Assembly: GCA_019113085.1 (NCBI GenBank)
Contig: DXIB01000239.1
Location: forward strand, 1 to 44,567
Length of the DNA stretch: 44,567 nt
Source: Candidatus Mailhella excrementigallinarum
GTDB lineage: Bacteria > Desulfobacterota > Desulfovibrionia > Desulfovibrionales > Desulfovibrionaceae
Direction: 5' to 3'
Shown: piece by piece, positions 36,400 through 44,567 of the stretch
Layout: the number at the start of each line of letters is the position of its first letter
Numbering within the stretch: position 1 is the first letter of the stretch
Program-made: the position numbers and the translations under genes
The notes under the pieces: model-generated
Database searches by the model: none
Seen by the model: the letters and a program-made list of their open reading frames with translations, nothing else
What the model was told of the DNA's origin: nothing

Positions 36400-37149
36400 A
36401 TGCCACCGATCAAAAAGATGAGTGTGGAAGATGTCCTCACCATTCGTAGGCTTTTGAGTTCCTGTGAGCTAGCTGAAAGAGATTCTTTTGGCATGATTGA
36501 ACCCCTTAACCGTGGGAAACTTGAATCAGCTGTTGCTCGTCAAATGACGGGACATGGTGAAATATTCAAATACGATACAGTTGAAGCGGTTGGGGCAACT
36601 CTATTTTATGGTATTGTCATGAGTCATGCTTTTGAAAATGGAAATAAGCGTACTGGGCTGATTACATTACTTATATTTTTGGACCAAAATCAGAGTATGC
36701 TTGTTGAAGTTGACGAAGATGAACTTTATCAATTTACACGTTCTGTCGCAGCACATGAAATTGCTCTACCTGATGGACTAGAACGAAACAGCGACTCCGA
36801 GGTTGAATCAATCACTCGATGGATTGAACAGCATTCACGCACAAAAATTCTTGGCGACCGCGCAATAAAATTCCCTGAACTAAGAGTAATCTTGGAAGCT
36901 TTCGGATGTACCTTCGAATCACCAAAGAAAAATTTTATCAAGATTCGCCGGAGACCTTATATGACGAATATTGGATACCCTAGACAGGATTTTGAGTTGT
37001 CCATTGACACTATTAAAAAAATACGGAAAGATTTACATTTGTCAGAGATAGATGGTGTGGACTCATCTGGTTTTTATGACTACGCAGCTGGTGTTACTAC
37101 TTTTGTGAATACGCATAGAAACTTGCTGAAAAGGTTGGCTGCACTATAG
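36400..37149 (+). CDS. Fic/Doc-family protein with C-terminal extension
   Basis: LESAVAR and HAFENGNKRTG Doc-type motif; start refined to ATG 36400. Confidence 0.9.
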   Translation: MPPIKKMSVEDVLTIRRLLSSCELAERDSFGMIEPLNRGKLESAVARQMTGHGEIFKYDTVEAVGATLFYGIVMSHAFENGNKRTGLITLLIFLDQNQSMLVEVDEDELYQFTRSVAAHEIALPDGLERNSDSEVESITRWIEQHSRTKILGDRAIKFPELRVILEAFGCTFESPKKNFIKIRRRPYMTNIGYPRQDFELSIDTIKKIRKDLHLSEIDGVDSSGFYDYAAGVTTFVNTHRNLLKRLAAL

Positions 37150-37177
37150 TCGGCAACAGACTGAATTGATTAAACTT

Positions 37178-37771
37178 TTCGTGCAACTGGAAAAACTGTC
37201 GGTGTGCATCGTAATACTGCCGCCTCATATTTTATGCGGCTTCGACGTTTGATTGCCCACATTTACCCTGTTATCGGCTGTCAGGAGAGATTGAAGCCGA
37301 TGAAAGCTACTTCGACAGAGTCAGAAAAGGGAAACGAGGGCGAGGCGTTGCCGGAAAGATTGCTGTTTTGGGCCTGCTAAAACAAAATGCCAGAGTCTAT
37401 ACAGCGATAATTTCCAACGCCCGGACAGAAACGCTGCTGCCTATTATCAAGGAATAGGTGATCCGAACAGTATTGTTTATACGGATACCTATCCAGCCTA
37501 TAATGCACTGGATGTCAGTGAGTTTCACCATCATCGGATAAACCATTCCCATCAATTTTTTGAATAAACGAATTATATTAATGTGATAAAAAATTTTTGG
37601 AATCAGACCGAGCGGCATCTACTGCGCTATAACGGTGTCAAGCCGGAATATTTTATTGGTTTTTTAAGGAATGTGAATGACGCTTCAATGAGGGCAACCA
37701 TAAGCAGCTTTTCATAAAGCTAAATTTTTGGGTAACACAGGCAAAACACTAGCTTTAGCTAGGATAGCCCC
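37178..37771 (+). pseudogene. IS1595-family (IS1016-like) transposase remnant with right inverted repeat
   Basis: Frameshifted fragments VGVHRNTAASYFMRLRRLI, GEIEADESYF, KGKRGRG, SIVYTD, FWNQ; ends with ...TAGGATAGCCCC (GGGGCT end). Confidence 0.85.
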
Positions 37772-37789
37772 TTTAATAATTTCAAATTA

Positions 37790-38401
37790 TTAAAAAATGC
37801 CGAGTTGTGTGATGTGCCGCAAAAAATATTTCACAGAGCTGAGAGATTTGAGCGGAAATTCAGCTTTCCCTGTCGCGTCCTGGACGTGTTTGAACATACT
37901 CACCCAAGGCAAGACGAATTTCTTCCATCGCCCAGCCTTCCAGATCAAAGGGAGTGTTGTTTTTGGTTTTTTGGGATGTATGAAGCGCGTTCCGAACAGC
38001 GGGCTTGAGTTCCGGGAAAGCTTCGAGTTCTCGCAAAAATTCTTCCTGAATTTTGGTACGGGTGTACTTTGTTCCAGGCTTGGCCTCGGCAATGATTGGA
38101 GTTTTGCGGCCTGTCTGATAATAAGCAAACCGATAACTCCGCAAAAAGTTCCAATAAAAATAAGCTTGAGGAAAAACATTCCCTCACGTGATTCAATGAG
38201 AATGGTAAAAGCATTGACAACCTGCTCAGAAATAGAGCCTTGTGCATTTACTTCATGGACGATATTCAGAAAAGTTTTTTTGTCCAACCAATCGAGAATA
38301 AGTGCTGTAACAGTAATACTGATAATGTATGTACAAAATACAATACATTTTTGTGCTATACCACGCTGAAAAATAGTTAGCCTTGTTGATGAAGGGAGCA
38401 T
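37790..38401 (-). CDS. Hypothetical membrane protein, probably chimeric or degraded
   Basis: Two TM segments in the AT-rich 5' half; the 3' half reads more protein-like in another frame (37860-38144). Confidence 0.4.
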   Translation of the reverse strand: MLPSSTRLTIFQRGIAQKCIVFCTYIISITVTALILDWLDKKTFLNIVHEVNAQGSISEQVVNAFTILIESREGMFFLKLIFIGTFCGVIGLLIIRQAAKLQSLPRPSLEQSTPVPKFRKNFCENSKLSRNSSPLFGTRFIHPKKPKTTLPLIWKAGRWKKFVLPWVSMFKHVQDATGKAEFPLKSLSSVKYFLRHITQLGIF

Positions 38402-38410
38402 AAGTTATTC

Positions 38411-38690
38411 CTATTTATCTGTATCCATTTCTTTTTCAATCTCTTCAACGCTGGGCAGACTTGTTTTGAGTTCTTCAGGGATGGCCCGTGTCAGAGCGTA
38501 TTCTGAAACAGCCAAATGGCACGGGACCAACCATGCTCTATGGCTTGCAGGCCGTACCAGAGGCGCTCGTTTTCCGTATAATTTGTAGGGATAGGGGCAT
38601 TTTTTACCATGCTCTGCTCCAGAATCAATTTTGCAGCAACTTGCTGCAAAATTGTAAAATTGTCGTGCAGGGTTTCAATTATCGTTCTGG
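38411..38690 (-). pseudogene. YhcG/DUF1016-like remnant with internal deletion
   Basis: N-terminal-type LQQVAAKL...ERLWY..QAIEHGWSR joined out of frame to C-terminal-type VSEYALTRAIPEELKTSLPSVEEIE. Confidence 0.7.
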
Positions 38691-38760
38691 GCAGGGAAAT
38701 GGCACCTGCCCGGAACTGACCAGCCACGCGGCAAAGAAATGACTCAGGCGATTATCAGGT

Positions 38761-39786
38761 TCACCTTGACCGGTGAGCATTGTCGTTGGCGATTCTTCTT
38801 CCCGCCGCTGTCAATCTGTATCGTTGCAAGGGGCTACGGGGAGCATCCGGTTTCGTTCTCTCAACAAGAGCGGCTTCCAGAGCGGGTGACAGATAATTTT
38901 TGCGAAACGTAGGGGCGTGACGCAGCCCCAGTTCGGTCATCAGTTCCGTCGCGCTCTTTTCTCCTTGTCCAAGGACATCCAGCAAACGTCGTACTTGATC
39001 GCTTACTTGGTCGTCTACTTGATCGCTTCGGATATCGGCCACGGCATCGCCCAGGGCTGTGAGCATAAACTCCACAAAGACTGTTGCTTCTCCCTGAGCG
39101 TCGGCACGGCCGAGGCTGTCATAATATTCGGCTTGCCGGTTGCGGACAATGGTTTCCACCGGCAAGTAGGCGAAGAGGGAATTCCATTTGCTGAGGATAA
39201 GCGTCTGCCAAAGACGCCCCATTCGACCATTCCCGTCCGCAAACGGATGGATGAATTCAAATTCGTAGTGAAAGACACAACTTGAAACCAGTGGATGCTC
39301 GTCCGTCTTTTCCAGCCAGCCAAGAAGTTTTTTCAGGTGTTCATGCACCAGGTGTGCGGGCGGGGCCATGTGTACGACCCTGTTGCCCTGAAAAACGCCT
39401 ACGCCGCCAGTGCGGAGACTGCCGGGCTTTTCCACAAGATCGCGCATGAGTATCGCGTGAGCCGACAGCATGTCATCCAGTTTGTGCGGCTGCCATGTAT
39501 CCAGTTTTTCGTAGGCGGACACAGCGCCGTGGACTTCCTGAATGTCACGGGGCGGACCTATGACTGCTTTTCCGTTAATGATGTCGGTCACCTGTTCCAG
39601 ACTGAGCGTATTGTTTTCAATGGCGAGAGAGGCATGGATGGTACGAATGCGATTTTCCCGCCGCAGATGCGGAGACAGAAGCTCCACGGCAAGTCCCCTG
39701 ACGGCGGCAAGTGCGGCAAGCTGTTCACTGATGCCTGCCACACGCTTGAGAATGGCGCTGGTGATGGTGTATGGCGGATACGTCAT
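38761..39786 (-). CDS. Fic-family protein with C-terminal HTH
   Basis: Canonical HPFADGNGRMGR; TIHASLAIENN; C-terminal YLSPALEAALVERTKPDAPRSPLQRYRLT. Confidence 0.93.
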   Translation of the reverse strand: MTYPPYTITSAILKRVAGISEQLAALAAVRGLAVELLSPHLRRENRIRTIHASLAIENNTLSLEQVTDIINGKAVIGPPRDIQEVHGAVSAYEKLDTWQPHKLDDMLSAHAILMRDLVEKPGSLRTGGVGVFQGNRVVHMAPPAHLVHEHLKKLLGWLEKTDEHPLVSSCVFHYEFEFIHPFADGNGRMGRLWQTLILSKWNSLFAYLPVETIVRNRQAEYYDSLGRADAQGEATVFVEFMLTALGDAVADIRSDQVDDQVSDQVRRLLDVLGQGEKSATELMTELGLRHAPTFRKNYLSPALEAALVERTKPDAPRSPLQRYRLTAAGRRIANDNAHRSR

Positions 39787-39877
39787 GCGGCGTATTCCTC
39801 CCTGTTCAGATAAATATCAAGGCAAGTTACAGCAAGGTGCATTTGATGCGGGTACAGGAGTTGGTTGCAAGGATGGT

Positions 39878-40340
39878 TCATGCGTCCTTTTCCCGGACAG
39901 ACCGTTTCGTTCTACGTATCTTTAGCGTATCCGGCTCGTCTTGAGAAGACGGCGCTTCGGGAGTGTTTTGTATAGCCCCAAACAGGACGCCTGCCACACC
40001 GGAAGCCTTTTTCAACGCGTCATCATGCAAATGAGCGTAGCGTTGGGTCATCTGCGGACTGGAATGAGTCAGCAATTTTGTAGCTCGTACATGGAAACCT
40101 GCCCGGAACTGGCCAGCCACGAGGCAAAGGAATGGCGCAGGCTATGCAGAGGACGGAACGATTCGGGCAATCCGGCCTTCTCTTTCACACGTCTGAGCAT
40201 ATCCGTAATATTGCCCCTCGGCTTGTCGTCATATCCACCGGGAAAAACGTAGGGGCTTTTGGTCTGCGGCAGGGCAGCCAGGATAGCCCGTGCCTGCTCA
40301 TTCATGGGGATGGTTTCCGTTTTGCCTTTCTTGGCGACCG
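39878..40340 (-). pseudogene. Tyrosine integrase C-terminal remnant (5'-truncated, frameshifted)
   Basis: HSLRHSFASWLASSG in one frame, LLTHSSPQMTQRYAH in another. Confidence 0.88.
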
Positions 40341-40854
40341 TACCGCATGTTCAACGCTGACAGTTTGGGATTTTCCCTGGGAGGCTGAGAGGATTGAAGC
40401 TTTCATGCGAGACGCCTCCGCTTGTCGTCGGCCTCGGCATCATTATAAGAGTGATCTGCCTTGAGCCGGTTTACGCGTTCTGCTACACGGAAAGGGCATT
40501 TTTGGATGCGCCGGAATCCGCAGCAGAGCATGCTGGCGAATCAGAATTCAGGTCGAGTGTACCGCACTCGGCCTTTTTCATTCTCCCAATCACGGCCGAC
40601 TCCCCAGCCGCGGGCCTGCTCGCAGAATCTCCTGCCAGCACGGGCAGAGTGACAATGCTTATTGTCACAGCGGCATCTCTGCGGCTGTACCGTCCCTGAG
40701 CCCACGCTGCGAACCTTTTCCCCGTATGCCATTTCCCCCTCGACCTCTGTTCGCAACTCTGGCAATCTTGCTCTCCTCACGGGACATGAAATACGGTTCC
40801 GCGCGAACAGAGCATCTCTTCCCGCTGTCCAGACAGCCATCCAAGCAGCATATC

Positions 40855-41259
40855 ATGAAGGCTTCCCATCTCTTCTTATTATCGCTTATCCTGCCTCTTT
40901 CCTCCTGCGGTTTCATAGCTCCGCAGCAAATCCTGCCCACCCTGCTGTCCATGTATACTCCGAAAAAAATAAACAAGGTCGGCATGTATTATACAGAAGC
41001 ATCATTAATTGAAGGAAAGACACAGAAAACATATGTTGTGGAAACTCTTGGACTTCCTGACTCTTCATTGACAAACCGCAGCTATTCATTTGTTAAATAC
41101 AATTATTCCTCCAGACCTGTTCATATCAAGGCAAAAATCCGCGTAGTCCGGAGAGACGGCTCAGACATGGAACTTGTTGTGGGAAACGGGGAAAGGTATT
41201 CTTCCGTCACCATCTATTTTGACGGCAGAAATATCATAAAAACAATACAAATAGAATAA
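40855..41259 (+). CDS. Lipoprotein (BamE/SmpA-like fold possible)
   Basis: MKASHLFLLSLILPLSSC lipobox; GKTQKTYVVETLGLPD; VTIYFDG. Confidence 0.65.
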   Translation: MKASHLFLLSLILPLSSCGFIAPQQILPTLLSMYTPKKINKVGMYYTEASLIEGKTQKTYVVETLGLPDSSLTNRSYSFVKYNYSSRPVHIKAKIRVVRRDGSDMELVVGNGERYSSVTIYFDGRNIIKTIQIE

Positions 41260-41316
41260 ATTTTGACTTCATACCGTTTCTGCATCTGCTCTGACGACAT
41301 CAGTACATGACGAAAA

Positions 41317-41967
41317 TCATATCTTGTCGGGGGAGTTGTCCCGGCTGGCCCACAGATACCAGCAGGCCACCGAGCAGAACGGTGACCAGATTTCCCTGAA
41401 ATCCGCAATCCGGGCATCCTCCCCGTACAGTTCCCTTACCGCGTTGTTCAAGCCCTGATCCCCCAGCGGAAGCACATCGGCACGCGCGAGAGAAAAAATC
41501 AGAAACATTTCCGCTGTCCAGCGTCCTATACCCCTGACGCTGACCAGCGACTTGATCACGGCTTCATCATCAAGTTTCCGGAACGCGCGAAAGTTCACTT
41601 CTCCCGCAAGCACTGCCCGTGACAACGCCCTGACGTACTCTGCCTTCCTGGTGGAAAGACCAGCCGCGCGCAGCGCGCTTTCTCCACAGGCCAGCAGCCG
41701 TTCGGGAGATATTCCCCCTGCGGCGAGCGTACATTTTTCAAAAATGGAACGGGCAGCTCCGGCTGAAACCTGCTGCCCCACAACGGCGCGTACCAGATGG
41801 ACAAAGGGTTCCGCCCGTTCCCCTCCAAGGGAACACGGGCCATGCAGACGAATCAGACGCCGCATGACAGGGTCGGCCTTCCGCAGATGACTCGCTGCGC
41901 GTCTGCACGCTGTCATGCTGAGCGTCGCGGGATGGGGAAAACATGCCATGCGCACCTCCTGCGGCAT
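41317..41967 (-). CDS. alkA: DNA-3-methyladenine glycosylase II family (HhH-GPD)
   Basis: VVGQQVS, LRAAGLSTRKAEY, VRGIGRWTAEMFLIF, DVLPLGD. Confidence 0.9.
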   Translation of the reverse strand: MPQEVRMACFPHPATLSMTACRRAASHLRKADPVMRRLIRLHGPCSLGGERAEPFVHLVRAVVGQQVSAGAARSIFEKCTLAAGGISPERLLACGESALRAAGLSTRKAEYVRALSRAVLAGEVNFRAFRKLDDEAVIKSLVSVRGIGRWTAEMFLIFSLARADVLPLGDQGLNNAVRELYGEDARIADFREIWSPFCSVACWYLWASRDNSPDKI

Positions 41968-42095
41968 TCAGCATTCCGCCCGAAAATCGGCCTGCCCCGG
42001 CATTGACATTCTCGCGGCGAGCATCAAGGATACAGCCCAATCTGCACAAGAACTTCTGAGGTTCGATATACCGCAGAAGCCCCCGGAGGGAAACC

Positions 42096-42317
42096 ATGGA
42101 TACAGGGAAACGTCTTGCACGTCTTGAGGAGCAGCTCTACTTTCAGGAACATGCGATTCAGGAACTGAACGACGCGCTTCTGGCCCAGCAGAGACAGATG
42201 GATGCCATGGAACACGCGCTGAAGATCATGGCGGAACGAGAGCAGAAACTTCTGGACATGCTGGCGGACAGGCCGGAAAATGCCATGCCTCCACACTACA
42301 TGCCGGAACGATACTGA
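42096..42317 (+). CDS. slyX: SlyX family protein
   Basis: RLARLEEQLYFQEHAIQELNDAL...PPHY. Confidence 0.92.
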   Translation: MDTGKRLARLEEQLYFQEHAIQELNDALLAQQRQMDAMEHALKIMAEREQKLLDMLADRPENAMPPHYMPERY

Positions 42318-42322
42318 ACAGG

Positions 42323-43228
42323 CTATACTGTCCCGCGCGTATCCTGTCCGTTTTTTTCCCCCTTTGTTCGCAGGCTGCTGATCAGCACCCCCGCGATAAC
42401 CAGCGCGCCGCCGCACAGCGCAAGCGCGGGCAGCCGCTCTCCCGCAAGGCGTCCGAACACGCCGCCCCAGACCGGCTCACAGGAGTAGATCAGCGTGGCC
42501 CGGGTGGGGCTGACGCGTCTCTGCGCCCAGTTGATCACACTCTGGATCAGCGCGCTGGCCAGGCCCAGTCCGCAGGCGGCGCATACGACGATCCAGGAAA
42601 ATCCGGGAACCTGCTCTCCCGTCACGGGCATAAGAGCAAAGCTCAGAAGAGAGGCCACCGTCACCTGCACCAGCGTGATGCGCCGCGCGTTCACTTCGGG
42701 CGCAACCAGACCGATAAGAATAATCTCCGCCGCAATAGCCAGAGCCCCCAGTGCGGTGAGAATCTCCCCCCGGCCGAACCCGGCCGAAACGCCGTCCGGT
42801 CCGGAGAGCAGGATCAACCCGGGAAAGGCCAGAGCGATGCCTGTCCAGGCCATGCGCCCCGGGGCCTGCCGCATCACGATCCATTGCAGCAGCGGCACCA
42901 GGGGTACATAAAACGCGGTAATGAAGGCCGACTTGCTGGCGGTGATGGTTTGCAGACCGCAAGTTTGAAGCGCATACCCCGCGAATATGGAAACGCCTAT
43001 GCCCGCTCCCGCCAGCAGCTCACGCCGGGTGAACCCGCGCAATACGGGAAGAGAAAGCGCCAGTACCACAAATGCGGCGCTGGCGAAACGAATCCCCACA
43101 AAAAACAGCGGTCCTGTTTCCTCAAGGGCGCAACGAATGATCAGAAAGGTCGCTCCCCAGATCATGGTAATGAACAGGAGAGCCGATTCTTCCACATTTA
43201 AACGCAGAGGCGCGCGGTTTCGCTTCAT
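42323..43228 (-). CDS. DMT/EamA-family transporter
   Basis: IWGATF, GIRF, GLQTITASKSAFIT, SCEPVWG; about 10 TM segments. Confidence 0.92.
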   Translation of the reverse strand: MKRNRAPLRLNVEESALLFITMIWGATFLIIRCALEETGPLFFVGIRFASAAFVVLALSLPVLRGFTRRELLAGAGIGVSIFAGYALQTCGLQTITASKSAFITAFYVPLVPLLQWIVMRQAPGRMAWTGIALAFPGLILLSGPDGVSAGFGRGEILTALGALAIAAEIILIGLVAPEVNARRITLVQVTVASLLSFALMPVTGEQVPGFSWIVVCAACGLGLASALIQSVINWAQRRVSPTRATLIYSCEPVWGGVFGRLAGERLPALALCGGALVIAGVLISSLRTKGEKNGQDTRGTV

Positions 43229-43433
43229 GTCATTCTCTGTCCTGCTTTCATAGAGCAGACTGACTTCAGGATTATATGGACAGGACACACTGTTCCAGCT
43301 CACAGCCTTCACGCCTGGAACCGGAGATGTGCGCCGGGGAAGCCACATGCGGATGAGGAGAGCGGAGGTGATTCTCGCTTCACTCGGCTCCGTGAGCAGT
43401 TTTTAAAGTTAAATTGCTCCAGCCGCCGCAGTC

Positions 43434-44195
43434 TCACGGGAAAAAACGGTATGTCAGCGTCGCAAGCAGCAGCGTCAGGGTCACATACAGCAGAGCGCGC
43501 ACCGCTCGTGCGCCTGCTCGGATGGCCAGCCGCACGCCGATCTGATTTCCAGCGATATTGCATATCGCGCAGGGAATGCCCAGCGCATACAGCACCACCC
43601 CCCCCGAGGCAAAAGTCAAAAGCGCCCCCGCATTGGATGCAAGGTTAAACACCTTGGCTGTGGCCGAAGCCCGCACAAGCCCCATATGCAGCAGTATATG
43701 CTGGGCAATGATGAAGAAACTGCCGGTACCCGGGCCGAAGAAACCGTCATAGGCGCCGATGACGAACCCCATGATCAGCACTCTGGGCCACAGACCATGC
43801 TCCGGCAGATCGCCCTCACGGGTATAGGATCGCCCGGAAAACAGGGAGAGCAGCAGCCCGGCAGGAAGCAGAAAGACCAGTATTCTGCCCATAAGAACGC
43901 TTTCCACCTGCATGGCCAGCCAGGATCCGGATACGGCGCCGAAAAATGCGGAAGCAAATCCCGCCGGAGCTATGCGCGTCACCACAAGATGATGGCGGGC
44001 AAAACTCCACAGTGCGGTCAGGGAACCGAGTGTGGTGGCAAACTTGCCTGAACCGAGCGCCATATGCGGCGGAACCCCGGCCAGCAGCAGGGCGGGCATG
44101 CTGATCAGACCTCCGCCTCCTGCCACGGCATCGACAAAACCCGCGATCAAAAAGGCGAAAGCGCAAAAAAGAATGACGGAAAGGGAAAGTTCCAT
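43434..44195 (-). CDS. TSUP (TauE/SafE) family transporter
   Basis: AGFVDAVAGGGGLIS and GAYDGFFGPGTGSF motifs. Confidence 0.93.
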   Translation of the reverse strand: MELSLSVILFCAFAFLIAGFVDAVAGGGGLISMPALLLAGVPPHMALGSGKFATTLGSLTALWSFARHHLVVTRIAPAGFASAFFGAVSGSWLAMQVESVLMGRILVFLLPAGLLLSLFSGRSYTREGDLPEHGLWPRVLIMGFVIGAYDGFFGPGTGSFFIIAQHILLHMGLVRASATAKVFNLASNAGALLTFASGGVVLYALGIPCAICNIAGNQIGVRLAIRAGARAVRALLYVTLTLLLATLTYRFFP

Positions 44196-44567
44196 ACCGG
44201 GCCTGTGAAAACAGAAAAAGTATGAGTGCAGCGGAAGGCCCACGCAATGCCCTCTTTTACAGCCCGCGTCAAGACGGATGGGATGAGCCGATTGCGCCCG
44301 CCGTTCGCGGCATCCCGATCATGCCTTGCCGTGCAAACAATATTCGGGCATGAAACCCCGCGGCGGTACGGGCGGCAGTATATACCGGCGCAGAGGCAAG
44401 CCCGTGCCCCCTTCTCGGAAAAAAGGAGACAGACATGACCGGCGTCACTGTTCCCGGTTCCGCTGGAGCGTTTTGCTTTCGAAAATATCTGTCGGCCAGA
44501 CCCCATGTTCTGCCCCGCAGGCTTCACGCCACCGCCGGGGCTTTACGCCGCAAGTGAATTGCGGATG

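Noticed and set aside
40330-40850. Second tRNA-Glu fragment marking the right end of the decayed island, or genes in this interval
   Set aside because: No convincing tRNA 3' duplicate found by eye and the ORFs lack motifs or RBSs.

Overview
Positions 1-~36231 are the right-hand part of a lambdoid siphovirus-type prophage, almost entirely on the minus strand. The host looks Desulfovibrionaceae-like, which is an impression from gene style and not verified. Read from right to left, the prophage carries: SF3/P4-type primase-helicase, an iteron-rich origin, CHC2-Toprim primase, terminase, a block of accessory early-type genes, portal, fused protease-capsid, lysis cassette, tail genes and a tail fibre running off the left edge. 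It ends in a 3' fragment of tRNA-Glu (att site). A decayed island follows at ~36.2-40.3 kb (two Fic/Doc genes plus IS1595-family, YhcG and integrase remnants), then host genes (AlkA-type glycosylase, slyX, a DMT and a TSUP transporter). The most striking part is a ~6.4 kb insert between the tail chaperones and the tape measure gene (10.8-17.2 kb). It holds hicAB, a BRO antirepressor, AT-rich envelope genes and four C4/CI-like antisense RNA units built on two scaffolds. Each unit has its own pair of short guide sequences and matching upstream targets. Only one unit has a downstream target, which lies on a ribosome-binding site. The other three are orphans, suggesting a library of RNAs with different specificities directed at other phages. 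All calls come from reading the sequence; no searches were run.
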